DNA of 64,000 nt from an uncultured Thermoplasmatales archaeon (lineage in GTDB: Archaea; Thermoplasmatota; E2; DHVEG-1), in the NCBI GenBank assembly GCA_964467345.1, contig CAYXPY010000004.1:17358-81357 (forward strand), written 5' to 3'. Below, piece after piece: positions 28,617 through 39,436 of the stretch. The notes beneath the pieces were generated by a model that did no database searches, had not been told where the DNA came from, and saw nothing but the letters and a program-made list of their open reading frames with translations. A program made the position numbers and the translations under genes. Each line of letters starts with the position of its first letter. The stretch's first letter is position 1.

Positions 28617-28937
28617 ATCGCAGCCCCGCCAAAAAAATATTACGACATCTTAGGACATAAGCTGGTCCCAGAACATACTATTTTAACTGATAAAGAGAAA
28701 AAGGAGCTGTTGGAGACATACAATATTAAAACCGATCAACTCCCACGTATACTTGCAAATGATCCAGCAGTGATTTCCACAGGGGCGAAACCTGGTCAGA
28801 TTGTGAAAATAACACGGAAAAGCCCGACAGCCAAATATGCAATCGCATATCGATTGGTTGTTGAGAGCGATACCTCTGAGAGTTTTGTCTTCGCTGAACC
28901 GACTGAGGAATTCAGTAGCTCAAGCGAAGAGATGTAA
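28617..28937 (+). CDS. rpoH: RNA polymerase subunit H (Rpb5-like); start codon uncertain (no in-frame ATG)
   Basis: 'KLVPEHTILTDKEKKELLETYNIKTDQLPRILANDPAVISTGAKPGQIVKITRKSPTAKYAIAYRLVV' is present. The frame is open from 28605. Candidate starts are ATC at 28617 (AGGAGG 9 nt upstream) or TTG at 28710. Confidence 0.75.
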   Translation: MAAPPKKYYDILGHKLVPEHTILTDKEKKELLETYNIKTDQLPRILANDPAVISTGAKPGQIVKITRKSPTAKYAIAYRLVVESDTSESFVFAEPTEEFSSSSEEM

Positions 28938-28959
28938 CAGGGGATTATGAGGAGTATTT

Positions 28960-31900
28960 ATGAGAGAGCTTGTTGATGCGTTTTATAAAGAGCGAAGTAT
29001 TGTCAACCATCAGATCGCCTCCTATGATGATTTTTTACGACATCGTCTTCAGCGGATCGTCGATGGGACAATCATCGGTCAAGAAGAAGAAGGAATGAAA
29101 CGAGGGTACATCTACCCCGAGATTGAAGGCTACAAGATTAAATTCGGGAAAATCAAAGTAGGTCTCCCCCAGGTCAAAGAGGCAGACGGTACTGAACGTC
29201 CATTGACCCCCATGGAAGCGCGACTCAGGGATTTAACCTATGAGGCTCCGATTGAGCTGGAATTCATCCCGGTGAAAAACGAAGTCGAATATGAACCTGA
29301 GACGGTGCGTGTCGGAGAGCTACCCATCATGGTAAAGTCCCTCCGATGCAATATCTCCCATCGGGTTTTAGAAGAAAAAATGGACCGACCCCTCACCGAG
29401 GAAGAGTACCGCAAGGAACTGCAGCAGATGCAGGAGGACCCCTTGGACCCTGGCGGGTATTTTATCAGTAACGGTACTGAACGTGTATTGATCACCGTAG
29501 AAGATCTCGCCCCAAACAGGGTTCTTGTCGAACGATCAAGTCGGTACGGAACCGACGTTGAAGTCGCTAAAGTGTTCTCCCAGAGGGAGGGATACCGGGC
29601 GTTAACCGTGGTTGAAAAACGAAAAGACGGTATGCTCATGGTTAGTCTCCCCACCACCTATGGTCAAATCCCACTGATTGTGTTGTTACGCGCATTAGGG
29701 ATGGAAAACGACAAAGAAATCGTCGATGTCATCTGCGTGGACCCGAAGATGGAACCCTACGTTCTGGCTAACATCGAGGAATGCGCAAAGGAATACAGCA
29801 TCGCAACAAAAGAGGAGGCAGTCGCATATCTTGGGAAGAAATTCGCAGGTGGTCAGGCTAAGGAATACCGGGTGAAACGTGTCGAGACCATCATGGACCG
29901 ACATCTCCTTGCCCATCTCGGTAATGACCCTGAAGACCGATTGAAAAAAGCGATTTTCGTCGCTCGTATGGGAATGGCAGTCCTGGAGCTTGCATTAGGA
30001 AAGCGAGAGCAGGACGACAAGGACCATTATGCGAATAAGCGTCTGAAGCTTGCCGGGGATCTCATGGAGGACCTCTTCCGGGTCGCATTTACCGCATTAT
30101 GCAAGGACCTCAAATATCAAATTGAACGGATCCATGCGAAAGGAAAAGAAATCAAGATAGCATCATCATTACGTTCCGATGTGCTCAGCCAACGAATACA
30201 CCACGCGCTTGCCACAGGAAACTGGGTCGGCGGTCGTGCAGGTGTCTCACAGCTTCTGGATCGAACCAGCAATCTTGCGGTTCTGAGTCATTTACGACGA
30301 GTCACATCTCCCTTAACAAGGTCACAGCCACATTTCGAAGCTCGTGATCTGCATTCAACACAATGGGGACGTCTCTGCCCCAATGAAACACCCGAAGGAC
30401 CAAACTGCGGCCTTGTCAAAAACCTTGCATTAACCGTCGAAATCTCAGAGGGATTCGGAGAAAAAGAAGTCGAAGCAGTCCTACGGGAACTCGGGATCAA
30501 AGAGTTAACAAAACATGTCACTGGAGCCCGTGTGTATCTCAATGGAGACCTCATCGGGATGCATCAGAACGGCGCTGACCTTGTCAAAAAACTCCGGGAA
30601 AGACGACGACGAGGGATGCTGAGCAATGAAATCAATGTCACCTACGACATCGAAGGAAACGATGTTATTGTCAACTGTGACTGCGGTCGATTAAGACGAC
30701 CACTGCTTGTTGCTGAAAACGGAAAACCTCTGTTAAACCAAAAGATACTCATTGACCTAAAGGAATCAAAGAAAAAATGGACTGACCTTATCAACGATGG
30801 AATCGTCGAGTACATCGATGCAGAAGAAGAGGAAAACGCGCTCATTGCATTACGCGAAGAGGACCTCACATCAGATCATACCCACATGGAGCTTGACCCA
30901 ATGTGCATCCTTGGGATCGGTGCATCACTTGTTCCCTACCCAGAGCATAACTCCTCACCGAGGATTACCATGGGCGCAGGTATGGGAAAACAATCACTTG
31001 GTTTTGGGGCATCAAACTACCGTATCAGACCAGACACCCGAGGTCATCTCCTTCATTACCCACAGATGCCTCTGGTTCAGACACATCCCATCCGCTATAT
31101 CAAATTCAGGGAGCGACCCGCAGGGCAGAACTACATTGTCGCAGTCGCCTCGTTTCAGGGATATAACATGGAAGATGCATTGATTATGAGCAAGTCAGCG
31201 ATTGAACGCGGACTTGGTCGTAGTACATTTGTCCGGACCTACAGCAGCGAGGAGAAACGATACCCCGGTGGTCAGGAGGATCATTTTGAGATCCCCAACC
31301 CGGATTGCCGAGGCGTCCGTAGCGAAGAAGCATACAACAACCTTGGCGAAGACGGGTTGATTTCCCCCGAATGCACTGCAAATGGTGGAGACGTACTGAT
31401 AGGCAAGACATCACCACCTCGATTTCTTGAGGAACCAACAGATTTTCTGACACCACAGAAACGCAGGGAAACCTCAGTCACCGTCCAACATGGAGAAGGC
31501 GGTGTTGTCGACAAGGTCATGCTGTCAGAGTCAGTTAACGGGTCCCGAATGGTGAAAATAAAAGTCCGGGAGCAACGCATTCCTGAGCTTGGTGATAAAT
31601 TTGCTTCAAAACATGGTCAGAAAGGGGTCGTCGGATACGTGGTATCCGCAGAAAACATGCCCTTCACCGAAGATGGTATGTCCCCTGATTTAATCATCAA
31701 CCCTCATGCCATCCCCTCAAGGATGACTGTTGCCCATGTGCTTGAGATGATCGGCGGTAAAGTCGGCTCACTTGAAGGACGAATCGTCGATGGGACTGCT
31801 TTTAGCGGCGAACCAGAAGACCAGCTGCGATCCGCTCTGATACGGAATGGATTCAACCATGCAGGAAAAGAAATCTTCTATGACGGCCTTACAGGACGAC

Positions 31901-32325
31901 CATTGGAATGTGAAGTGTTCGTCGGATGCATCTATTATCAGAAACTCCATCACATGGTCGCCGGTAAAATCCATGCACGATCACGAGGACCCGTGCAGAT
32001 CCTTACCAGACAACCCACTGAAGGACGAGCCAGGGAGGGTGGTCTACGGTTCGGAGAAATGGAACGAGACTGCCTCATTGGTCATGGTGCATCGATGGTG
32101 ATCAAAGACCGTCTCCTGGATGAATCAGATATCACGATGAAATACGTCTGTAACACCTGTGGTCATATCGCGATGATTGATCGTCATGGGCGGTTACATT
32201 GCTCTATCTGCGGTGACAAGGCAGATATCCACCCGGTGGAGATGAGTTACGCATTCAAACTATTAATCGATGAGTTGAAATCACTTGTGGTGGTGCCACG
32301 GATTAAGCTGGAGTCATTGGTGTAG
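28960..32325 (+). CDS. rpoB: RNA polymerase subunit B, unsplit (1121 aa)
   Basis: It is full length with conserved blocks 'GQKGVVG', '[10 protein letters not shown]' and the C-terminal Zn motif 'CNTCGH..CSICG'. There is no B''/B' split. Confidence 0.95.
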   Translation: MRELVDAFYKERSIVNHQIASYDDFLRHRLQRIVDGTIIGQEEEGMKRGYIYPEIEGYKIKFGKIKVGLPQVKEADGTERPLTPMEARLRDLTYEAPIELEFIPVKNEVEYEPETVRVGELPIMVKSLRCNISHRVLEEKMDRPLTEEEYRKELQQMQEDPLDPGGYFISNGTERVLITVEDLAPNRVLVERSSRYGTDVEVAKVFSQREGYRALTVVEKRKDGMLMVSLPTTYGQIPLIVLLRALGMENDKEIVDVICVDPKMEPYVLANIEECAKEYSIATKEEAVAYLGKKFAGGQAKEYRVKRVETIMDRHLLAHLGNDPEDRLKKAIFVARMGMAVLELALGKREQDDKDHYANKRLKLAGDLMEDLFRVAFTALCKDLKYQIERIHAKGKEIKIASSLRSDVLSQRIHHALATGNWVGGRAGVSQLLDRTSNLAVLSHLRRVTSPLTRSQPHFEARDLHSTQWGRLCPNETPEGPNCGLVKNLALTVEISEGFGEKEVEAVLRELGIKELTKHVTGARVYLNGDLIGMHQNGADLVKKLRERRRRGMLSNEINVTYDIEGNDVIVNCDCGRLRRPLLVAENGKPLLNQKILIDLKESKKKWTDLINDGIVEYIDAEEEENALIALREEDLTSDHTHMELDPMCILGIGASLVPYPEHNSSPRITMGAGMGKQSLGFGASNYRIRPDTRGHLLHYPQMPLVQTHPIRYIKFRERPAGQNYIVAVASFQGYNMEDALIMSKSAIERGLGRSTFVRTYSSEEKRYPGGQEDHFEIPNPDCRGVRSEEAYNNLGEDGLISPECTANGGDVLIGKTSPPRFLEEPTDFLTPQKRRETSVTVQHGEGGVVDKVMLSESVNGSRMVKIKVREQRIPELGDKFASKHGQKGVVGYVVSAENMPFTEDGMSPDLIINPHAIPSRMTVAHVLEMIGGKVGSLEGRIVDGTAFSGEPEDQLRSALIRNGFNHAGKEIFYDGLTGRPLECEVFVGCIYYQKLHHMVAGKIHARSRGPVQILTRQPTEGRAREGGLRFGEMERDCLIGHGASMVIKDRLLDESDITMKYVCNTCGHIAMIDRHGRLHCSICGDKADIHPVEMSYAFKLLIDELKSLVVVPRIKLESLV

Positions 32326-32337
32326 GGGGTTAGAAAA

Positions 32338-35004
32338 ATGGCGGGACGAAGTATCACAAAAAAAATTGGGGCGCTTGAATTTTCAGTATTATCACCAAAT
32401 GAGATTCGCAAGATGAGTGCGACAAAGGTGATTACCGCTGATACATATGATGATGATGGGTTTCCAATCACGATGGGGCTGATGGATCAACGTCTCAGTG
32501 TGATTGAACCTGGTCTGCGGTGTAAAACCTGCGGGCTTAAGGTAGGAAAAGACAAATGCCCAGGGCATTTCGGGCATATCGACCTTGCAATGCCCGTCAT
32601 CCATGTCGGGTTTGTCAAGACCATCCGGAACTGTTTACGAGCGACTTGTCGGAAATGCGGACGAATCATGCTTTCTGAAAAAGAATTAGAAGAACATCGA
32701 AAGACCATCATAAAAAACAACAACGAGGGACGCGACAACGCCTATATCTTCAAGATGATCATCAGCACCGCGACAAAGACAGAAGCATGTCCACGATGCG
32801 CAGCGATGAGCGGGAAGATCGATCTGGATAAACCAACCTCTTTCCGCGAAAACGGTAAAAAACTCACCCCAACGGAGATCCGGGAGTGGCTTGAGAAAAT
32901 CCCTGATGAGGACCTCCCGTTACTTGATATTAATGTTCAGTCAGCACGACCGGAATGGATGGTTCTTACCGTGTTGCCAGTACCACCGGTCACTGTTCGA
33001 CCATCGGTCACCCTTGAGTCTGGTGAACGATCAGAGGACGATCTGACCCATAAACTTGTTGATGTGATAAGAATCAACCAGCGGCTTCAGGAGAACCGTG
33101 ACGCGGGAGCACCACAGTTAATCGTCGAGGACCTCTGGGAGTTGCTGCAGTATCATGTGACGACCTACCTGGACAATCAAACCTCAGGTATCCCACCTGC
33201 AAGACATCGTTCGGGTAGACCCCTGAAGACACTAGCTCAACGGTTAAAAGGAAAAGAGGGCCGATTCCGTAGCAATCTATCTGGGAAACGAGTGAATTTC
33301 TCCGCACGAACGGTGATTTCCCCAGATCCAAACCTCAGCATCAACGAAATCGGTGTCCCCGCAGAGATAGCACGGGAGCTGACCATCCCGGTACGGGTCA
33401 CGACACAGAACCTGGAATGGTGCAAAAATCTTATCAAACAAACTGCACAACCAGGAAAACCCGGGGAACACTACCGGCCGCATGTGAATTATGTAAAACG
33501 ATACCGTGAGGGGGTAGAACAACGCATGAAGGTCACAGAGAAAAACGCTGATGACATCGCTGAGAAACTGGAGCTTGGTTTTATCATCGAACGGCAGTTG
33601 ATGAACGGGGATATCGCCTTGTTCAATCGTCAACCATCGCTGCATCGGATGTCGATGATGGCCCATCGTATCAAAGTGATGCCGAACCGGTCCTTCCGAT
33701 TCAACCTTTCTGTCTGTCCCCCGTATAACGCTGATTTCGATGGCGATGAGATGAACCTGCATCTCCTCCAGGGAGAAGAGGCGAAAGCTGAGGCTGAGAT
33801 CCTGATGAAAGTCCAGGAGAACCTGATGTCACCACGTTTCGGTGGGGTCATCATCGGGGGCCTGCATGACCATATCTCTGGCTGTTTCCTTCTCACCTAT
33901 AAAGACAAGACATTCTCAAAAGAGAAAACCTCTGAGATCCTCTCGACGTTCAAATACAAAGGGAAGTTCCCTGAGGTCCATGAGCTCAACGGACAGAGCG
34001 TGGTGTACGGGAGAGACATCTTCAGCGTGTTGCTTCCAAAAGACCTTACGCTTGAATATAAGGCTAAGGCCTGTTACCACTGTGAAGTCTGCAAAGCCGC
34101 AGAATGCCCCTATGGCGCGTATGTTGTTGTGAAGAACGGGAAGTTGAAACAAGGAATTGTCGATGAGAACAGCATCGGGTCGTTCAAAGGTAGGATTGTC
34201 GAAAGAATCATCCGGGACCATGGGACGGCTGCCGGCAGGATATTCATCGATGATGTCACCAGACTAGGTATCGCGGTGGTGACCGTGATCGGGTTTACCA
34301 CAAGCATTGACGATGAGGACATCCCTACCGAAGCGAAACGTCAGATCGGGGAAGGACTGCAGAAAGCACAGAACAAGATCAACACTCTAGTCACTGCCTA
34401 TGAGCATGGTGAGCTGGAATCACTCCCGGGTCGAAGTCTGGAAGAAACCTTGGAGATGGAGATCATGCGAGTCACCGGGCGAGCCAGAGACATGGCTGGT
34501 GAGATAGCAAGTAAATACCTCGGATTGAACAACAGCGCCGTCATTATGGCGAAATCTGGTGCCAGGGGGTCCATGCTGAACCTCTCGCAGATGTCCGGAT
34601 GTGTCGGGCAGCAGGCGGTCAGAGGAGAACGAATCTCCCGTGGGTATAAATATCGGACGTTACCGCATTTCAAAAAAGGGGACCTGGGGGCCAGTGCAAA
34701 AGGCTTTGTTGCAAATAGTTACAAAAGTGGGTTAAACCCCACCGAGTACTTCTTCCATTCAATGGGAGGAAGAGAAGGTCTGGTCGACACCGCAGTCCGT
34801 ACATCCCGTTCAGGATACATGCAACGTCGTCTCGTCAACGCCCTTGAAGACCTCAAGGTCGAAAACGACGGGACCGTGCGACACACCGGTGGTGAGATCA
34901 TCCAGTTCCGATATGGTGATGATGGAGTCGACCCGACACGGAGCACAACCGGTAAAGCAGTAGACCTCGACCGTATCATCTATGATGTAAAGCAGGAGGG
35001 ATAA
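32338..35004 (+). CDS. rpoA1: RNA polymerase subunit A'
   Basis: It has the Zn motifs '[15 protein letters not shown]' and the catalytic '[12 protein letters not shown]'. Confidence 0.95.
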   Translation: MAGRSITKKIGALEFSVLSPNEIRKMSATKVITADTYDDDGFPITMGLMDQRLSVIEPGLRCKTCGLKVGKDKCPGHFGHIDLAMPVIHVGFVKTIRNCLRATCRKCGRIMLSEKELEEHRKTIIKNNNEGRDNAYIFKMIISTATKTEACPRCAAMSGKIDLDKPTSFRENGKKLTPTEIREWLEKIPDEDLPLLDINVQSARPEWMVLTVLPVPPVTVRPSVTLESGERSEDDLTHKLVDVIRINQRLQENRDAGAPQLIVEDLWELLQYHVTTYLDNQTSGIPPARHRSGRPLKTLAQRLKGKEGRFRSNLSGKRVNFSARTVISPDPNLSINEIGVPAEIARELTIPVRVTTQNLEWCKNLIKQTAQPGKPGEHYRPHVNYVKRYREGVEQRMKVTEKNADDIAEKLELGFIIERQLMNGDIALFNRQPSLHRMSMMAHRIKVMPNRSFRFNLSVCPPYNADFDGDEMNLHLLQGEEAKAEAEILMKVQENLMSPRFGGVIIGGLHDHISGCFLLTYKDKTFSKEKTSEILSTFKYKGKFPEVHELNGQSVVYGRDIFSVLLPKDLTLEYKAKACYHCEVCKAAECPYGAYVVVKNGKLKQGIVDENSIGSFKGRIVERIIRDHGTAAGRIFIDDVTRLGIAVVTVIGFTTSIDDEDIPTEAKRQIGEGLQKAQNKINTLVTAYEHGELESLPGRSLEETLEMEIMRVTGRARDMAGEIASKYLGLNNSAVIMAKSGARGSMLNLSQMSGCVGQQAVRGERISRGYKYRTLPHFKKGDLGASAKGFVANSYKSGLNPTEYFFHSMGGREGLVDTAVRTSRSGYMQRRLVNALEDLKVENDGTVRHTGGEIIQFRYGDDGVDPTRSTTGKAVDLDRIIYDVKQEG

Positions 35005-35008
35005 GCCG

Positions 35009-36451
35009 ATGGCAAAACTGTTCTCAAAAAAGAAACCTGCACCTAAGAAACCTCTAAAGAAGCCTGCCGCGTCAAAAACAAAAAAACCAAGCGAAAAGCC
35101 GACGGTGAAAAGTAAAACCGCGCAACCTAAGAAACAACTCATAAAAACAAAAACTACTGTGGAAAAGAAAAAACCAAAAGAGACAAAGAAAAAGATTGTT
35201 GAGGTCGAGAAAAAAATAGAAAAAAAGAAAGAGCCGGAACGGACATTTCTCCCTCCACCAAAAAAATTAGACGAAGAACCAAAGGAATATAAACCGATAC
35301 GAGCAGACATTCAGAAGCTGCTGAAAAATCACTTCCTCCCTGTTTCTGTTATCGATGGAATCGTCGAACGAACAGCAAAGGATAAAGCCCTGCAGGGAAA
35401 ACTGAAAAGTATCGTCGAAAAAGCCCTCGAGGAGTACGCAAAAAACCGAATCGACCCCACCGAAGCCTGTGGTATGATCAGCGCACAAAGCATCGGTGAG
35501 CCAGGAACCCAGATGACGATGCGTACCTTCCACTACGCGGGTGTCGCAGAAATCAATGTCACCCTGGGGTTACCGCGGTTAATCGAGATCGTGGATGCAC
35601 GGTCTACCCCCTCGACACCAATGATGAACATCTACCTGCGGGATGAATATCGAATCAACCCGGATCTTGCAAAAGAGATCGCAAACAAAATAGAGATAAC
35701 AAGGCTTACCGATGTCGCCGACATCGAGATGGACCTGATTAACATCATCATCTTTATCAAACCAAACAAAAAGACGATGGAGAAGAAAGGAATCACTATT
35801 GATGATCTCTTGGAGCGCATCCAATCGCTTCGGAAGCTATCTGCTAAAGTTGAGAAAGAATCTATCAAAGTGACCTTGGATGAACCGGGGTACAAAGTGC
35901 TGCAGAACACCAACGAGACTCTGAAGAACCTGAAGATAAAAGGGATCGATGGGATCAAACGTGTCATCATACGAAAGGAGCCAAACGAAGGCTACGTGAT
36001 TTATAGCGAAGGCAGCAACCTTAAGGAAGTCTTAGATATCGAAGGTGTTGATCCGTACCGAACCACCACAAACGACATCCATGCGATCGCACGGGAGCTT
36101 GGGATTGAAGCAGCGCGCAACATGATCATCCAAGAGGCATATGCCACGCTTTCAGAACAGGGGTTAAACGTTGATATGAGACATATCATGCTCGTGGCTG
36201 ATGTGATGACTGCTGATGGGACGGTCCGGGCAATCGGTCGTCATGGGGTGAGTGGGGAGAAAAGCAGTGTACTGTCACGTGCAGCCTTTGAAATCACCGT
36301 CAATCATCTGCTGCTGGCCAGCCAGCGGGGTGAATCCGATGAGCTGAACGGTGTGGCAGAGAACATCATCGTTGGTCAACCAGTAAACCTAGGCACAGGT
36401 GCCATTGAACTTGTGATGAATCCAAAAAAACCAAAACAGAAGGGAAAGTAA
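35009..36451 (+). CDS. rpoA2: RNA polymerase subunit A'' carrying a ~95-aa lysine-rich N-terminal extension
   Basis: The conserved core runs from '[11 protein letters not shown]' through '[17 protein letters not shown]'. It is preceded in frame by '[43 protein letters not shown]...KKKEPER'. It starts 5 nt after the A' stop. Confidence 0.9.
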   Translation: MAKLFSKKKPAPKKPLKKPAASKTKKPSEKPTVKSKTAQPKKQLIKTKTTVEKKKPKETKKKIVEVEKKIEKKKEPERTFLPPPKKLDEEPKEYKPIRADIQKLLKNHFLPVSVIDGIVERTAKDKALQGKLKSIVEKALEEYAKNRIDPTEACGMISAQSIGEPGTQMTMRTFHYAGVAEINVTLGLPRLIEIVDARSTPSTPMMNIYLRDEYRINPDLAKEIANKIEITRLTDVADIEMDLINIIIFIKPNKKTMEKKGITIDDLLERIQSLRKLSAKVEKESIKVTLDEPGYKVLQNTNETLKNLKIKGIDGIKRVIIRKEPNEGYVIYSEGSNLKEVLDIEGVDPYRTTTNDIHAIARELGIEAARNMIIQEAYATLSEQGLNVDMRHIMLVADVMTADGTVRAIGRHGVSGEKSSVLSRAAFEITVNHLLLASQRGESDELNGVAENIIVGQPVNLGTGAIELVMNPKKPKQKGK

Positions 36452-36754
36452 ATGGTAGACGTAAACAAAGTATTAAAGGATGTATCGAAGAAAGGAAAAA
36501 TCATGATCGGAGAGAAACAGACGAAAACCGCAATTCAGAAAGGGACTGCAAAACTGGTGGTTGTAGCAGCGAACTGCCCAGACAAAAAAACCATCACAAC
36601 CCTCGCAAACGACCAGAAGATACCGCTGTTCAGCTATCAATCCACTGGCGTCGACCTTGGGTATTCCTGTGGGAAGAACTATTCAGTCTCCTGCCTTGCC
36701 GTGCTTGAAGAAGGAGAATCAAATATCCTGCAGCTTGTCAAGAAAAGGAACTAA
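36452..36754 (+). CDS. rpl30e: 50S ribosomal protein L30e
   Basis: It is 100 aa with 'GKIMIGEKQTKTAIQKGTAKLVVVAANCP'. Confidence 0.85.
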   Translation: MVDVNKVLKDVSKKGKIMIGEKQTKTAIQKGTAKLVVVAANCPDKKTITTLANDQKIPLFSYQSTGVDLGYSCGKNYSVSCLAVLEEGESNILQLVKKRN

Positions 36755-36759
36755 CTACA

Positions 36760-37185
36760 ATGGCAGAGATAATTCTTTCAAACGAGACGGTCCAGTGTAT
36801 TAATCTTGCTTCGAAGTATTCCGGGGCAGGCATCAGAGACTGTATCGTTGAGGATGACCGTGTTGTCTTCATCGTCGAGAAAGGGCAACTAGGGATAGCG
36901 ATAGGGAGCAAAGCTAAGAACCTGGAGAAACTGCGATTGCTTTTTAAGAAAAACGTCAAATTCGTCGAGTTCGATGACGATAAAACAAGGTTTGTCATGA
37001 ACCTCTGTAAACCCTATGATATCAAGAAGGTCAGTTTCGAGGGAAACGACGAGGCAAGCGTCGCTCGGGTAGAGGTCAACCCGAAAGACAAGTCAAAATT
37101 AATCGGAAAAGGTGGACGAAACATCAACTTGATTCGGAAGATGGCTCAACGCCATCATCAGATAAAAGATGTCCAGATAGTCTAA
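36760..37185 (+). CDS. nusA: archaeal NusA homolog (two KH domains)
   Basis: It is 141 aa with 'IGSKAKNLEKL' and 'IGKGGRNINLIRKM' GxxG KH motifs, and follows rpl30e as in the canonical operon. Confidence 0.8.
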   Translation: MAEIILSNETVQCINLASKYSGAGIRDCIVEDDRVVFIVEKGQLGIAIGSKAKNLEKLRLLFKKNVKFVEFDDDKTRFVMNLCKPYDIKKVSFEGNDEASVARVEVNPKDKSKLIGKGGRNINLIRKMAQRHHQIKDVQIV

Positions 37186-37228
37186 AAAAAAAACCTTGTA
37201 AGGAGTTACTCTTTTAAAGGGTGGTCTG

Positions 37229-38707
37229 TTGCAGGATGATAGGGGGCTAAGTGTGCGCATACGAGCTCATCCTATTATTGATTTTCAGAAACGAAAAAAA
37301 CTTCCGTTCTACTTCCAGAAAAAAAAGGTCATAGGTGAGCAGGGGGACACCATTGCCTCGGCGTTACACGCGGCGGGAGTCCGAACCCTTACCACGAGCC
37401 TTAAATACGAAAGCCCTCGAGGGTTTTTCTGCGGGATCGGGAAATGCTCCTCCTGTCTGATGCGCGTAAACGGCATCCCGAATGTCCGGACGTGCATCGC
37501 ACCGTTACAAGAAGGTATTTTCGTCGAAATGCAAGAGAAACTCGCGGAGTTGCCAAATGTAGCCTTTTCAGGAGAGCCAACAAAAACAGTAGATATCGAT
37601 GTCCTGATCGTTGGTGCAGGCCCCGCTGGTCTTTGCGCGGCAATCGAGAGTGCGACACAAGGGGCTTCGGTGTTACTTGTTGATGAAAACCAATGTGTCG
37701 GAGGTCAATTGGTCAAACAAACCCATAAATTCTTCGGCTCGAAACAAGAACGTGCTGGAACACGTGGGATTCACATAGCAAAAGAACTAGAACAGGAGCT
37801 ACAAAACCTGCAACAGCAGGGGAAAATCCAGCTGATGACCGATGCGACAGTCATCGGGTATTACGAAAGTGAACGAAAACATCGATTCGGTGTCGTGAAA
37901 CGCTGCGAGTACCAAAGCACGTTGTATGATGTCCGTTGTGACGCGGTGGTCCTAGCCTGTGGCGCGATGGAGAACATGCTGCTGTTCCCAGGAAACGACC
38001 TCCCTGGTGTGTATGGTGCTGGCGCGGTGCAGACGTTGATGAATGTCTATGGAGTCAAACCAGGGAACCGAGTTCTGATGGTAGGAGCAGGCAATGTCGG
38101 CCTTATTGTCTCCTATCAGCTTTTACAAGCTGGAATCGCTGTGGACCGGGTCGTAGAAGCAGCACCCACCATCGGAGGATACAACGTACATGCCGCTAAA
38201 CTACGTCGATGCGGAGTACCTATCTATACATCCCATTCCATTAAGGAAGTCTATGGAGACAAAAAGGTAGAAGGAGCCGTTGTCGTAAGACTTGATGAAC
38301 ACTGGAGGCCTATTACGGGAAGCGAAGAGAACGTTGCATGCGACACGATCTGTCTTGCTGTAGGATTAACCCCCTCGACACGGTTGCTCTCTCAGATAGG
38401 AGCGACCTTAGAATTCATCCCGGAGGCAGGTGGGTATGTCGCAGTCCATGATGCATCGATGCAGACCTCAGTCAAAGGAGTCTATGTCGCAGGCGATGCA
38501 TCCGGTATCGAGGAAGCATCAACCGCGATGATCGAAGGTAAAATCGCTGGTCTCGCAGCAGCAATCCAGCTGGGTCGGTCTAAGAACAAAAAACTGCTTG
38601 AAGCGTATCGAGAAGAACTTTCACAGCTGCGGGCAGGTCCGTTTGGCGAGAAACCACGGATAGCGAAAGAAAAAATAGCAAAGCACGCAGAGGTGCACCA
38701 TGCGTGA
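37229..38707 (+). CDS. dye-linked proline dehydrogenase / opine-oxidase alpha-like subunit (2Fe-2S domain + FAD/NAD(P) oxidoreductase; PdhA/HcnB/SoxA-like)
   Basis: 'GDTIASALHAAGV..FFCGIGKCSSCLMRVNG..RTCIAP' is a 2Fe-2S domain, followed by 'VLIVGAGPAGLCAAIESA' and 'VLMVGAGNVGLIVSYQL' Rossmann motifs. Confidence 0.65.
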   Translation: MQDDRGLSVRIRAHPIIDFQKRKKLPFYFQKKKVIGEQGDTIASALHAAGVRTLTTSLKYESPRGFFCGIGKCSSCLMRVNGIPNVRTCIAPLQEGIFVEMQEKLAELPNVAFSGEPTKTVDIDVLIVGAGPAGLCAAIESATQGASVLLVDENQCVGGQLVKQTHKFFGSKQERAGTRGIHIAKELEQELQNLQQQGKIQLMTDATVIGYYESERKHRFGVVKRCEYQSTLYDVRCDAVVLACGAMENMLLFPGNDLPGVYGAGAVQTLMNVYGVKPGNRVLMVGAGNVGLIVSYQLLQAGIAVDRVVEAAPTIGGYNVHAAKLRRCGVPIYTSHSIKEVYGDKKVEGAVVVRLDEHWRPITGSEENVACDTICLAVGLTPSTRLLSQIGATLEFIPEAGGYVAVHDASMQTSVKGVYVAGDASGIEEASTAMIEGKIAGLAAAIQLGRSKNKKLLEAYREELSQLRAGPFGEKPRIAKEKIAKHAEVHHA

Positions 38708-39167
38708 ATATGAGAAAACCGGTATCCTGTCCTTAAAAGATCTTCAGATACCGACAAAGAAACAACTCGAGAAAGGCGTCGCAATCCTTGAATGTGTCCA
38801 AGAGATACCCTGCAACCCTTGTGTGGACTCCTGCCCGGTTCATGCGATTTCCATGAAAGACATCAACGCCCCCCCGGTGAATGATTTTGACAAATGCATC
38901 GGGTGTACGAAATGCGTTGGGGTATGCCCGGGGTTGGCGATTTTCGTTGTGAAGGTAAAAGGTGACAAAGCATGGGTGACGCTTCCCTACGAATTTGTCC
39001 CAGAACCGAAAAAAGGAACCATAGTTAAAGCATTAGACAGGACCGGGAACGTCCGGGGAAACGCACTTGTCACAAAGGTGATAAAACAGGGAAAAACACA
39101 TGTGGTGACCATTGAACTTGAAAGTGGCTTAGCCATGGATATCAGGAACATAAGGGTTGAGGTATGA
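38700..39167 (+). CDS. 4Fe-4S dicluster ferredoxin-like subunit (PdhF-like)
   Basis: 'CNPCVDSCPVHAI' and 'CIGCTKCVGVCPGLAI' are present. Confidence 0.55.
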   Translation: MREYEKTGILSLKDLQIPTKKQLEKGVAILECVQEIPCNPCVDSCPVHAISMKDINAPPVNDFDKCIGCTKCVGVCPGLAIFVVKVKGDKAWVTLPYEFVPEPKKGTIVKALDRTGNVRGNALVTKVIKQGKTHVVTIELESGLAMDIRNIRVEV

Positions 39168-39436
39168 AGCGAAGCATTGTATGCCGATGTGAGGATATCA
39201 GTGAAGAGGATGTCATTCAAGCGATTGATGAGGGATACATCGATATCGAGGAGCTGCGAAAGAAACTCCGGATAGGCATGGGTCCGTGTCAAGGACGTGT
39301 CTGCATCCAGTTGGTCGCCCGTATCCTTGAACGAAAAACCGGTAAGAAAATAAGCAAAATCCCGCTTCCAACCGTACGACCACCGCTGGTTCCTGTCTCC
39401 CTTGGAACACTGGCTAGTGAGAAAGATGAAAAGTAA
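39164..39436 (+). CDS. BFD-like [2Fe-2S]-binding small subunit (PdhX/HcnA-like)
   Basis: 'CRCEDISEEDV..MGPCQGRVC' is present in a 90-aa product. Confidence 0.5.
   Translation: MKRSIVCRCEDISEEDVIQAIDEGYIDIEELRKKLRIGMGPCQGRVCIQLVARILERKTGKKISKIPLPTVRPPLVPVSLGTLASEKDEK

Noticed and set aside
35009-35300. Lys-rich segment as a separate histone-like or ribosomal-protein-like gene, or as an A-rich simple repeat
   Set aside because: It is in frame and continuous with the RpoA'' core with no intervening stop or start. It is treated as an N-terminal extension (see findings).
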